Shown one piece after another: positions 1-15,975 of a DNA stretch of 64,000 bases. The position numbers and the translations under genes are program-made. Below the pieces are notes generated by a model. That model had not been told where the DNA came from and made no database searches. It saw only the letters and a program-made list of their open reading frames with translations. The number at the start of each line of letters is the position of its first letter. Positions within the stretch are counted from its first letter, which is position 1. The stretch comes from the human T2T-CHM13v2.0 reference genome, Homo sapiens, in assembly GCF_009914755.1 (NCBI RefSeq), contig NC_060942.1; one strand, given 5' to 3'.

Positions 1-37
1 AGGTTAATATTGGTATGTGTGAATTTGATCCTGTCAT
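1..37 (-). CDS. Start of L1 ORF2p (MTGSNSHIPILT...), truncated by window edge; intactness unknown
   Basis: ATGACAGGATCAAATTCACACATA on minus strand, 63 nt after the ORF1 stop. Confidence 0.85.
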   Translation of the reverse strand, partial: MTGSNSHIPILT

Positions 38-100
38 TATGATGTTAGCTGGTTATTTTGCTCGTTAGTTGATGCAATTTCTTCCTAGCCTTGATGGTCT

Positions 101-1117
101 TTACAATTTGGCATGTTTTTGCAGTGGCTGGTACTGGTTGTTCCTTTCCATGTTTAGTGCTTCCTTCAGGAGCTCTTTTAGGGCAGGCCTGGTGGTGACA
201 AAATCTCTCAGCATTTGCTTGTCTGTAAAGTATTTTATTTCTCCTTCACTTATGAAGTTTAGTTTGGCTGGATATGAAATTCTGGGTTGAAACTTCTTTT
301 CTTTAAGAATGTTGAATATTGGCCCCCACTCTCTTCTGACTTGTAGAGTTTCTGCCAAGAGATCAGCTGTTAGTCTGATGGGCTTCCTTTTGTGGGTAAC
401 CCGACCTTTCTCTCTGGCTACGCTTAACATTTTTTCCTTCATTTCAACTTTGGTGAATCTGACAATTATGTGTCTTGGAGTTGCTCTTCTCAAGGAGTAT
501 CTTTGTGGCGTTCTCTGTATTTCCTGAATTTGAATGTTGGTCTGCCTTGCTAGATTGGGGAAGTTCTCCTGGATAATAACGGGCAGAGTGTTTTCCAACT
601 TGGCTCCATTCTCCCCGTCACTTTCAGGTACACCAATCAGACGTAGATTTGGTCTTTTCACATAGTCCCATATTTCTTGGAGGCTTTGTTCATTTCTTTT
701 TATTCTTTTTTTTCTAAACTTCTCTTCTCACTTCATTTCATTCGTTTTGTCTTCCATCACTGATACCCTTTCTTCCAGTTCGTCACATTGGCTACTGAGG
801 CTTGTGCATTCATCACATAGTTCTCGTGCCATGGTTTTCAGCTCCATCAGGTCCTTTAAGGACTTCTCTGAATTGCTTATTCTAGTTAGCCATTCATCTA
901 ATTTTTTTTCAAGGTTTTTAACTTCTTTGCCATTGGTTCGAACTTCCTCCTTTAGCTCGGAGTAGTTTGATCTTCTGAAGCCTTCTTCTCTTAACTCATC
1001 AAATTCATTCTCCGTCCAGCTTTGTTCCATTGCTGGTGAGGAGCTGCGTTCCTTTGGAGGAGGAGAGGCGCTCTGATTTTTAGAGTTTCCGGTTTTTCTG
1101 CTCTGTTTTTTCCCCAT
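101..1117 (-). pseudogene. L1 ORF1p (338 codons) with a single premature stop at codon 130
   Basis: ORFs 728..1117 (MGKKQSRKTGNSK...) and 101..661 (KRPNLRLIGVPE...HAKL) are in the same frame. TGA at 728-730 replaces consensus Arg (CGA>TGA). Confidence 0.95.
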
Positions 1118-2130
1118 CTTTGTTGTTTTATCTACCTTTGGTCTTTGATGATGGTGACGTACAGATGGGTTTTTGGTGTGGATGTCTTTTCTGTTTGTTA
1201 GTTTTCCTTCTAACAGTCAGGACCCTCAGCTGCAGGTCTGTTGGAGTTTGCTGGAGGTCCACTCCAGACCCTGTTTTCCTGGGTATCAGCAGTGGTGGCT
1301 GCAGAACAGCAGGTATTTGTGAACCGCAAATGCTGCTGCCTGATCGTTCCTCTGGAAGTTTTGTCTCAGAGGAGTACCCGGCCATGTGAGGTGTCAGTCC
1401 GCCTCTACTTGGGGGTGCCTCCCAGTTAGGCTACTCGGGGGTCAGGGACCCACTTGAAGAGGCAGTCTGCCCGTTCTCAGATCTCAAGCTGCGTGCTGGG
1501 AGAACCACTACTCTCTTCAAAGCTGTCAGACAGGGACATTTAAGTCTGCAGAGGTTACTGCTGCCTTTTGTTTGTCTGTTCCCTGGCCCCAGAGGTGGAG
1601 TCTACAGAGGCAGGCAGGCCTCCTTGAGCTGTGGTGGGCTCCACCCAGTTCGAGCTTCCCAGCTGCTTAGTTTACCTACTCAGGCCTCGGCAATGGTGGG
1701 CACCCCTCCCCCAGCCTTGCTGCCGCCTTGCAGTTTGATCTCAGACTGCTGTGCTAGCAATGAGCGAGGCTTCGTGGGCGTAGGACCCTCTGAGCCATGT
1801 GCGGGATATAATCTCCTGGTGGGCCATTTGTTAAGCCCGTTGGAAAAGCGCAGTATTAGGGTGGGAGTGACCCGATTTTCCAGGTGATGTCTCCCACCCC
1901 TTTCTTTGACTAGGAAAGGGAATTCCCTGACCCCTTGCTCTTCCTGGGTGAGGCAATGCCTCGCCCTGCTTCGGCTCACACATGGTGTGCTGCACCCACT
2001 GTCCGGCACTCGCCAGTGAGATGAACCCGGTACCTCAGTTGGAAATGCAGAAATCACCCATCTTCTGCATTGCTCACGCTGGGAGCTGTAGAGTGGAGCT
2101 GTTCCTATTTGGCCATCTTGGCTCCACCCC
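1118..2130 (-). promoter_or_regulatory. L1 5'UTR with sense promoter, YY1 site and antisense promoter
   Basis: YY1 motif GGCCATCTT at 2111-2119. Antisense donor-like sites GG/GTGAGG (~1948) and CG/GTACCT (~2030). Confidence 0.85.
1693..1887 (+). CDS. L1 antisense ORF0-like reading frame, 64 aa
   Basis: MVGTPPPALLPPCSLISDCCASNERGFVGVGPSEP...RVGVTRFSR matches primate L1 ORF0; expression unknown. Confidence 0.7.
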   Translation: MVGTPPPALLPPCSLISDCCASNERGFVGVGPSEPCAGYNLLVGHLLSPLEKRSIRVGVTRFSR

Positions 2131-2285
2131 TGAAACTACTTTTAAAGTCTAATATGAATTATGACTTCACTTTTCTAAAATAGCTATAAACTTAGAAATG
2201 TAAAATTTCACTTTACCCTCCTCTAACCTTTTACATTGTTATTGTTACACATTTTAGTTGCACATGTAATTTAAATACCATATGA

Positions 2286-2596
<311 letters not shown>

Positions 2597-2820
2597 GATA
2601 TTATTTTCATTGTTTTGTTCAGTTAATACTCATTTATATTTAGTCACATATTTACCTTCCTGGTGTTTGTCATGATTTTTGCATTTTCACATTTCCATCT
2701 GAGATCATTTTCCTTCTGGGAAGGAAAAGGGATTATAATTGTATTTTAAATGCAAAAGAAAACTGCTGGAAGCTTTTAAGCAAGGGACTGATGTAATCTA
2801 ATATTTTAAAAGATCATGTT

Positions 2821-3165
2821 GGGGCCAGTGGTGATGGCTCATGCCTGTACTCCCAGCACTTTGAAAAGCTGAGGCAGACGGATTGTTTGAGGCCAGGAGT
2901 TCAAGACAAACCTGGGAAACATGGCAAGGCCTTGCTGCTACAGAAAAAAATTTAAAAAATTATCTGGGCATGGTGGCCTATGCCTGCAGTTCTAGCTACT
3001 TGGGAGGCTGAGGCAGGAGGATACATTGAGCTCAGGAGTTTGAGGGTGCAGTGAGCAATAATTGCATCACTGTACCCTAGCCTGGGTGACACAGTGAGCC
3101 CCCATCTCTTAAAAAACAAACAAACAAACAAACAAACAAACAAACAAACAAACAAACAAAAAACT
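2821..3165 (+). mobile_element. AluJ with (AAAC)n tail
   Basis: Dimeric Alu; TSD about ATCATGTTGG; about 11 AAAC units at 3114-3158. Confidence 0.9.
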
Positions 3166-3255
3166 AAAAAGAAATCATGTTGGTTGCTGTGTTGAGAATG
3201 AATTGTACTTGAGAAAAATGGAAACTGGAAGATCAAATGGAAGACTATTGAATCA

Positions 3256-3566
<311 letters not shown>

Positions 3567-3950
3567 AAATTACATCAGCTTGGATGATGGTGATAGCAGT
3601 GGAGTTGGAAAGAAGTAAATGCATTCAGGATATGTTTTGTATAATAAGTGGAGCAGATATGACTTGTCATTGAATTAGATGTAGAGGGTATAAGGAGGAA
3701 TCAACAATGACTAGAGTAACTGGGTAAACAATGGTGTCACTTAACCAAAATGGTGAGTGGTGGGAGAGGAACATGTTTGGAGAGTGACTGAAACAGGATT
3801 AAGAGGAAAAATAATGAATTATATTTTAGCTACATTTGGTTTGAGATTCTTAATATGCAAATGACCCAAGTAGAAGTTGTATTTAAGATCCTGATGTCAA
3901 GGGAGATGTCTGGATTGGAAAAATGTATTTAGAAGTCACTCTGGTATAAA

Positions 3951-4268
3951 CAGGAGTAGTCCAAGTTTTGAGGAGTCTGAAACATACAATTTTGAGAGCC
4001 ATCTTTAAAAACTGTAAATTATGAATAAAATTTAATACAAAAATGAATATCTAAACGAGAAAACTAACCACAAAATAATTACAGAAGCCTTGGAGATTCA
4101 GGTTCTTTCTCTTGAAATCTCTTTAGGCAATTGGCCAGAAATGCTTTCTAATTGCTACTTGGTGACCCATCCCTCACTAGTGCATTCTGCCAGCACTCTA
4201 ACTATTCACAGAAGCCATGCAAGCTTTATATTCATTAATGTCATGGTAATTTTGTAAATCTTCCTCTG
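3951..4268. mobile_element. hAT-Tip100 (Zaphod/MER115-like) deletion derivative
   Basis: Begins CAGGAGTAGTCCAAGTTTTG, ends GTAAATCTTCCTCTG; resembles the element at 11744. Confidence 0.55.
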
Positions 4269-4269
4269 A

Positions 4270-4935
4270 ATACAAACATTTTGGGAAAGAGTTTGGCATT
4301 ATATATTAAAGTTGAAGACATGAATACCCTGAAATAAAGAAATTTCATTCTTAGATAAGTATCTAACAGAAATGTGTATACACGTGTAGCAGGATGCATG
4401 TACAAGAATGTTAGAGCAGTGTTATTACAACCAAAAGTTTTAAAAAACTCAAATGTCCCTCAGCAATTAAATACCATTAAATGATGGTAAGCTCATGAAA
4501 GGGAATACTATGCAGCAATTTAAATGAATGAATTACAGCAAAATGTCCTAGAAGAAGAAAAAAGAAAAACATTTTGAAGAAATAATGCCCCATACTTCCC
4601 AAAATTAATAAAAAAATTAATCTATGCATGCAATAAACATGATGAAATTCAAGTAGAATAAACCCAGGTAGGATAAATTCAAGCAGTAGAGATGCACAAT
4701 TAGGCACATCATAAACTGTCAAAAGCTAAAGAAAGAGAATCTTGAAAGCAGGAACAGAGAAGCTACTCATCATCTGCAAGGGAGTCTTCATAAGATTAAC
4801 AGCTAATTCTTCATCAGAAACCATGGAGTAAGGCAGTACAATGACATAGTCAAAGTACTGAAGGAAAAAACCTGCCAACCAAGAATTCTGTATATGGCAA
4901 AACTATCCTTCAAAAATTAAGGAGAAATTAATAAA
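4270..4935 (+). mobile_element. Old L1M fragments (3' region piece, then decayed ORF1 piece at ~4570-4930)
   Basis: Decayed ORF1 motifs ERILKA, IRLTA-SSETM and CQPRILY-AKLSFK. Confidence 0.75.
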
Positions 4936-5106
4936 TTAACAATTGAATGAAAACAGATCTCCATTGCATGGATATACTACATTTTGTTTATCAATTCATT
5001 AGTCAATAGAAATTGGATTGTTGTTTCCACTTTTTGGCTATTATGAATAATACTGCTAGCATGTTAGCAATATTTGTGAAAAAGTGTTTCTGTCAATATA
5101 TGTTTC

Positions 5107-6147
<1,041 letters not shown>

Positions 6148-6201
6148 GTTTCCAATTATTTTAGGTATATAACTAGAAGTGGAATTGTTGGGTCATATTC
6201 A

Positions 6202-6582
<381 letters not shown>

Positions 6583-6880
6583 CTATTCCATAGAGACAGA
6601 AAATAGGTTTCAGTAATTGCTGGTGGCTTGGGGGAGAGGTTAACGGGAGTGGCTGCTAGTGGGTACAGGGTTTCTTTTTGAATTGAGGAAAATGTTCTGG
6701 AATTAAATAGTGACATTGATTGGACAACTCTGTGAGTTTACTAAACCCCACTGAATTGCACACTTTAGAGTGGTGAATTTTATAATATGTGAATGGTACT
6801 TCAACTTAAAAAAAGAAAAAGAATATTAATGACCTTCACAAGTATCGTGCTGAGTCTGTCCCTGTCAAGGCTCCTATTGA

Positions 6881-7414
<534 letters not shown>

Positions 7415-7789
7415 TAATGAGTTGGTCCTTAGCATCTTCCAAAGATGACCAATATGTTTTTTAAAAATAACAGTACAAATCTAAGGATTTAAACATGTTT
7501 TAGATGTTTCAATGTATTTCAGTTCTTGTCTTCACTGATGCTCACATTGCCCATCTTTGGCTAGCAGACACTCATTCAGCAGTCCTATTGACACAAATCT
7601 GTTAATCTTTGATGGCTTTCTTGTTTCTGAAATGCCTGACCTGAAATAAAACATTGCTCCAAGAAGTCCTGATTCTGTTTAAGGAAATGACATTTAGAGA
7701 TCACAATGTGGGTATCAGGGGCGTCAGTGCTACTGGGCTGGTCATTATTTCTTAGACTTTTTCTTTTCAGTGGAAAGAGCTAAGAATGT

Positions 7790-8098
7790 TTTCTGTTTGT
7801 TTGATTTTTTTAAAGAGACAGAGTCTTACGCTGTTGCTCAAGCTGGAGTGCAGTGATGCAATCATAGTTCACCGTAGCCTTGAACTACTTGGCTCAAGTA
7901 CTTGGCTCCTTCTGCCTTAGCCTTCCAAGTGGCTAGGACTACAGGTGCGTGCCACCATGCCTGACTAATTTTTTATTTTTTGTAGAGTTGGGATCTTGCT
8001 GTGTTGCCAAGGCTGGTCTCAAACCCCTGTCCTCAAGCAATCCTCCTTCTTTGGCCTTTCAAAATATTGGGATTATTGGTGTAAACCACCAAACCCAG
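7790..8098 (-). mobile_element. AluJ
   Basis: Diverged antisense Alu; TSD GCTAAGAAT. Confidence 0.85.
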
Positions 8099-8186
8099 TT
8101 GGCTAAGAATATTTTAAAGAAAAAAAATAAGTGAGTTCAAACTGAACTTTGCAATTCAAATTCAGGACTGCTTACAACTTTATTGA

Positions 8187-8537
<351 letters not shown>

Positions 8538-9158
8538 TGATTTATTGTACAATAACAATATTAATGTTATCAACAATATGATTTCCGAAAAGTTGAATTT
8601 TTTTGTTTGGCTCTATCATTAGGGTGTATCTAACTAGAGATAGATCATCAAATTATCGTGTTTTACAGTCTGTTGGTATAGTATCTGTGTAGTTATGCTA
8701 TCAACTGGGTGCAGAAGTTTAATTTTACTTTTGGATATTAAGAATTATTTTATTAATTCATTTATTAATTTCATTTTAAATTATGAAAAATATGTACACT
8801 GTTCCAAAGTCAGTTCTCCAAAACAATATATTCAAAGAAGTCTATCTTCCTATTTTTCTTTCTTTTTTAAATGATGATAATGATTATTACCCAGACTGCT
8901 CATCTGCAAGGAAGAAGTCTCTCTTCTATCCCTGTTTCTTCCACTCAGCTCCTCATTCTCCTATAAACAATAGTATAGTTTATTAATTTTTTAGTAGAGA
9001 CAGTGTTTAATGTATTTTTAGTAGAAAAATACACTGTTTTTTATTTTAATATTATGAAATACACGCATGTATGTATTGGTATCTCCTTTCTTTTTAAAAA
9101 CATACATATAGCATACATGATGACCTCATCTAACTTTTCACATTTTAACAACGATGAC

Positions 9159-9562
9159 TTTTTTTTTTTTGAGACAGGTTCTCACTCTGATGCCCAGGTT
9201 TTGCTCTGTCGCATTCTCTGGAGTCCAGTGGCGGGATCTCAGCTTACAGCAGCCTCAACCTCCCTGGCTCAAGAAATCCTCCTACCTCAGCCTCCCAAGT
9301 AGCTTGGGACCACAGGCGTGTGCCACCAAGCCCGGCTAATTTTTGTATACATACATACATATATATAATACATACATATGTTGTATATATTTAAAATATA
9401 TATATATATATATTTAAAATATATATATACATATATATATATTTGGTAGAAATGGGGTTTTGCCATGTTGGCCAGGCTGGTCTCAAACTCTTGGACTCAA
9501 GCCATCTCCTGCTTCGGCCTCCTAAAGTTTTGGGATTACAGGCGTGAGCCACTGCGCATGGT
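9159..9562 (-). mobile_element. AluJ with a microsatellite in the linker
   Basis: Antisense Alu; TSD about ATGACTTTT. Confidence 0.85.
9347..9441. repeat. (TA)n/(TACA)n compound microsatellite
   Basis: Visible directly. Confidence 0.9.
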
Positions 9563-9859
9563 CAATAATGACTTTTAATATCTTACTATACATAGAAGAA
9601 CTTATTTTTTCGATTGCTCTGTAGCGGGAGACAGAAAAAGGAAAAGTCGGAGATGCTGCCATTCCAGAGCGGGGGGACCTTGGGAAGGAGGCCTGGGAGG
9701 TCAGGATTCTGGGCTGCACTGGCTTAATGAGCAGGGAGGTCAAGCAGCCTGGAAAGGTGTGGGATTCACTCCAGGGGTCTGGCCAAGTGGTTCCAAGCCA
9801 GGCAGTTCGTTTTCCTCTAACCCAGTCTCTCCAGTTTAGTTGTGTCTGTTATCCTTCAG

Positions 9860-10270
9860 CCCCATCTCCCCTCCCCTGGGGACGAAGGCGAAAAGAGTGA
9901 GGAGGCATTGCCCAGGCCCCTGGTACCTGCCGCGGAGGGAGCGAAGCCGGCCTTGTGCGGTCTTCCCGCGCCCCTCCTCTCCATCTAACCGTGGAACCGC
10001 CCTGCTCGGGAGCCCACTCCCCTGGAGGGCCGAGGGCGTCTTAGGCCAGAACATGAGGAGGCTGGATAAATGGGAATCGTCTCTCTCCAGTCGCAGCAAA
10101 GAGAATTTACTTGCGTAGGACCCTAGGCATTTCCTACGGGAAAAGAAGTGAAGACACGCCCGAGCCAGGCTGCCCCGCCCGCTCTACAGAAGGGGTGGTG
10201 CTGTCCGTGACCCCTCCCAACCCTCTCCACCCCGGAATGGCCTGGCCTGCACGAGGTAAGCCGGGCTGCC
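9860..10270 (+). promoter_or_regulatory. Small CpG/GC-rich promoter-like region with a candidate first-exon donor
   Basis: Non-repeat DNA with locally retained CpGs; GAG/GTAAGC donor at 10255/10256. Confidence 0.5.
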
Positions 10271-10467
10271 TGGACAAGAAGTGGTTTCCATCTGTGTATA
10301 CTGTCAGAGACTATGTCAAGCCTGGTCTCTGCTGAGGAAATTGTTCTTTTAAAAGAAACTTCTGTTTTTTTTTTCTTTCAAAAGATGTGCTTTATAGTAG
10401 TGTGAAGTAACTGTCGAATGAGTATCATGATACTGAGTAAATATGGCAGCATCATGTTTAACGATAA

Positions 10468-10640
10468 CAACAGACACTTATTTAGCATCCACTGTGGGCT
10501 GCGCACGGGCACTTTATATACACCATCTGATTCAATCATTAGCATTATGAGTTTCATTTCACCTGTGAGGATAGGGAGGCCCAGGGAGTTAAACAGATTG
10601 CTTACAGTCTTTCATTTGCCAGTAGCTGTGCTAAGATCCA
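10468..10640 (-). mobile_element. MIR
   Basis: Diverged MIR core (GAGGCCCAGGGAGTTAAA). Confidence 0.6.
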
Positions 10641-11185
10641 AAAAATTTTTTTCTTATCTTTCCTCCCTCCCTGCCTGCTTCCCTCCTCCCTGCTTTCCTT
10701 CCTTCATTTTGTTTTTGAACACCCAAAGCCCATATTCCTGACATCAAACTCCTCCTGCCTTTGATGAGAACTCTGAAGAGTGTCAGGAAAGAAGTTGATC
10801 TGAGAAGTAACTGTAAAGAGTTTCGAGTTGAATGGGAAGAACTCGGGCAGTTAGTAACCTACCTCACCTTTCTGTTCCTTGAATTTTTCGGGTGAAGGAC
10901 TGCAGGAGAACATGTTCCCCAAACTGGGATGTTTATTGGATGCACCAACCTCTTCTCCCACAAGGGGTCAGTAAAATCCCCTTAGTGAATAGAATGAAGC
11001 CCTGCTCCTCCCTGGCTTAGCGTTGGGGCAGTGAGGATCATTGCATTGGTGAATGGACCTCTGACCTTTACACGTTCTCCTCTCCATCACCTGGCTTTAC
11101 TCAAGCTGAATTCATCCAGCGCTTGCACTCCATCCTCATGCTACCATGTGGTGGGAAACAAAGGGACAGAGAGCTCCAATTCATT

Positions 11186-11352
11186 CTTTTTTTTTTTCCC
11201 TTAGGGTTGGGGTCTTGCTTTTTTGCCCAGGAGGGCATGCAGTGGCATGATTATGGCTCACTGCAGCCTCAAACTCCTGGGCTCAAGCGATTCTCCTGCC
11301 ACCACCTCCTTTCAAAGTGCTGGGATTACAGGTGTGAACCACCGTGCCCAGC
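11186..11352 (-). mobile_element. Monomer-length (recombined) AluJ
   Basis: Alu sequence; TSD AATTCATTCTTT. Confidence 0.8.
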
Positions 11353-12200
11353 CCTAATTCATTCTTTACTTTTAGTTTAGAGTAGTGTTTCATTTAAAAA
11401 TTGCTGTACATAAAATATAATCACAAATGATTTCTCAAAATTCTGTATCTTGCAATTATTGTAACTGGATAAGGGTTTAGAACAAGAGAAGACATGTCTA
11501 AGTCTAATAATAATATAGTGAATATTTACGAAGTGTTATGAAGCGGCACTTTCTAAGTGTCTTATAAATGATAGAAACTGTGGGTCATGCTTTACGTGGC
11601 ATTTGAACTCTGGCATTCTGGTCCCAGAGTTCCTGGCCCCTAAGCATCATAACATACTGCCTGTCTACCAGAGAAACAAAAATCAGTGTTTTCCATGGTC
11701 CTGGCAAGGATGATTATCAGTTCTATAAGCTAATATGGACATTCAGGAGGTGGATCAAGGTTTTGTGAGGCCCAGAGCGTATATAATTTGGGTGTCATCT
11801 TTAGGAAGATAACAGAAAATGACAAATACAAATGTATATGTGAAAATAAATTTTTATTTAGAATGAGAAAATAAATCACAACTGATCACAATTAGAAAAA
11901 AGACTACAAATGTCTCCAAATCCAGAAAAAATGCACATTTTTATTACTGAGCCCCCTAACGTATCTAATGCTTCTTTCCCCCATATCTTTAGCTTTATAC
12001 TCTTTGATTGTCTTTCAATGTGTCTGCAATTTTCTACAATCATTTTTAGTAGAGAAAATAGAAATGTAATTCAGCTGTTCCTATTAGCGTGGTTGCTTGG
12101 TAATTATTATTGATGGTTGGGATGCATAACACATAGGATTTCACACATGACTATAACTTGCTGTTTGTAGTGCTTCTGCAGTTTTATCCCATACCTATAG

Positions 12201-12605
<405 letters not shown>

Positions 12606-12654
12606 TAACATATTCTTCACAGGAGACAAATTCCATTTTGATTAGTTTTTTTCT

Positions 12655-12790
12655 TTTAATTTATTTTTTAAATAGAGATGAGGTCTCACTAAACTGCCCA
12701 GTGTGGTCTTAAACTCCTGGGCTCAAGCAATCCACCTGCCTCGGCCTCCCAAAGTGCTGGGATTACAGGTATGAGTCACCATACTCCGCC
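12655..12790 (-). mobile_element. FLAM/Alu left monomer
   Basis: Single antisense left arm. Confidence 0.8.
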
Positions 12791-13252
12791 ATTGACTAGT
12801 AGTTGTTAATGGAACCTTTGGCTTACCATTTTCCATGTCTGACAGTTGGAAGAATTTTTCACAGACCACCTTCTGGCTTGATTCATTTCAAACCTTTTTC
12901 CTCCACAATCTATGTACTTCTCATGCCAGATGCCATAGGACACAGTGTATAGGGATAGCCCTGGTTCTTCCCGTCATAACACTAGGCAGGGAGTGAGATG
13001 AGGGTGCTCCTAAGATAGCTTAGTAATAAGTAATAAGTGAAGAATTCACAGAAGTAATTGTAAGCCACATAAATGTATCCAACAAAACCCCAAATAAATG
13101 TACCCTCAATGCATTCTCATCTGCCTCAATGTACCTTCAGATATGCCCATGGCTGGTCCATCCCACCTGGCACAGGGAAAGAGTGGAGAAAGGAAAGTGA
13201 GAGTAGAAACAGAAAATAGTCATAACTGATAGCAGTTAAATATATTATTTTT

Positions 13253-13646
<394 letters not shown>

Positions 13647-14015
13647 CTAAGCTGCATTAACTTTAGGGCCAGTCCCTGTATGGAACATCCTTAGAGACCT
13701 AACTCACCCACCAGCCTGAGGCAGCTCCAGGGGAGTGCCAGCAGACAGCAGAGCAATGATCTCACACCCATGGCAAACAAGGACGCGTTGTCCACCCACT
13801 AATAGGACCTCACCACCTGCAGGCGGGCAGATCCCAAGGTTTCCTGATATTCCCTACTGCTGCAGTCTCTGCTTGGGACAAAGTGCATTGCTTTTGCCAT
13901 GAGTCACTGTGCCAGTAAAAAAGGTTAGGGGACATTCATGTCACAAAAGCAAGCGCTCAACTGGGACCTGAGAAGAGACAGCCTTCTTGGGTCACAACTG
14001 TCCACTTTCTCCAGG

Positions 14016-14396
14016 TGATATGGTTTGGCTCTGTCCCCACCCAAATCTCATGTTGAATTGTAATTCCAGTGTTGGGGGAGGGACCTGGTGGAAGGTGATT
14101 GGATCATGGGGGTGGGTTTCTCCCTTGCTGTTCTCGGGGTATGAGTGAGTTCTCACGAGATCTGGTTGCTTAAAAGTGTGTGGCACTTCCTTTTTCGTGC
14201 ACTCTCTCCCATGCTCTGCCATGATAAGACGTGCTTGCTTCCCGTTCACCTTCCGCCATGATTGTAAGTTTCCTGAGGCCTTCCAGCCATGCTTCCTGTG
14301 CAGCCTGTGGAACTGTGAGTCAATTAAACCTCTTTTCTTCATACATTACCCAGTCTCGGGTAGTTCTTTATAGCAGTGTGAGAACGGACTAACACA
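14016..14396 (+). mobile_element. MSTA/THE1-type MaLR solo LTR
   Basis: TGATATGGTTTGG...CTAACACA; perfect 5-bp TSD CCAGG (14011-14015, 14397-14401); ATTAAA at 14323. Confidence 0.93.
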
Positions 14397-15214
14397 CCAG
14401 GGCTCGGGGATGATGAAAGCTTTGCTCAGGCTCTTCCCTTTCTAAATCTTCCCCATCCAGTGCACATCCCCATTCTGACCCCCAGCCATGAAACCTTCCC
14501 AGCAGCTCCGAGGCCCGTGGATCTCTCCTGCATCTGAGCTCTTACAAGTTTAAAAAAAAAAAGAAAGAAAAAGAAATTCTGAAACACATATTTGTTAAGC
14601 ACCCATTCTGGGCTAGCCTGCAGTTAAATCTTACTGAATTGCTTACAAAGCATTTTGCGTAAGCAGATCTCTGTTTAGTCAGATTATAAACAAATTGGTG
14701 ACAGGGACCAGAATTTCTTGCTGGCGGATCCCAGTTCTGGGCTTGTCAGCACTGAATAAATACTGACTTGATTGATGTAGCTTTGTCTCCTCTCTGAGGA
14801 CCAAAGCTCTTGGCAGCTTCCTCCTAAGTAGGCTGGGGACTCCCTAACTGGGTGGAGAAGGTAGGGTTATCTCCTGCAGAAATTTTAATGGAGTTCCCCC
14901 AAATCTTGCTAATGGATTCTTGGACACTCTGCAGCCTGTAGTGGAAGCAACTTTTCTTCTTCAGTAAACTGATTAGAAATTTGGATTTTTAACCAAAGTA
15001 GAAGTCTAAATCTAATTTACTGACCCTTTTCAACCCCACCCCAAATTCCTTACTTTGTGAGCTAGCAAGGTTTGAGAATGTTTGGATCAAACTGAGTATC
15101 TCATAATGCAAGCATGCATGGAGTCTCCTGGCTGGTTTTACTTTCACTTATCTTGCTCCCGTTCTGGGGGGCAGTGCAGAGAAGGGGAAAGATCAGGCTT
15201 GAGTCTCCCTCGAC

Positions 15215-15375
15215 CTGGATTCAGTCAATACTGGCTCTGCCCCCGCAAGCTGTATGAGACCTTGGCCTAAGTCATGTCACCCTCCCAGCCTTCCTTTCCT
15301 CTGCCGGAAACAGGGGGTGTCACAGAACCTGCCACATTCAGCGGCTGCGGGATTTATTTTGTAAGGATTCAGGAG
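15215..15375 (+). mobile_element. MIR
   Basis: GCTGTATGAGACCTTGGCCTAAGTCA core. Confidence 0.6.
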
Positions 15376-15523
15376 GACAGTGAGGATGTGGCTGATGAGT
15401 TTGTTCCCCGTTTGTGCAGGTTCTCTTCTCTGGCTCCCAAAGCCAGTAGGTTTATTTCATCTCAACAAATGCTTGAAGCAGACACAAGCATTTGTTTCTA
15501 CGCTAAGCTTCAGAGCTCTTAAA

Positions 15524-15975
<452 letters not shown>

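Larger units (their letters stand above)
1..2130 (-). mobile_element. L1PA (likely L1PA3-6 age) LINE-1, intact 5' end, continues beyond left edge
   Basis: Minus strand starts GGGGTGGAGCCAAGATGGCCAAATAGGAACAGCTCC at 2130, then ~1013-nt 5'UTR, ORF1, 63-nt spacer and ORF2 ATG at 37. Flank reads TT/AAAAGTAGTTTCA, an L1 endonuclease site. Confidence 0.97.
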
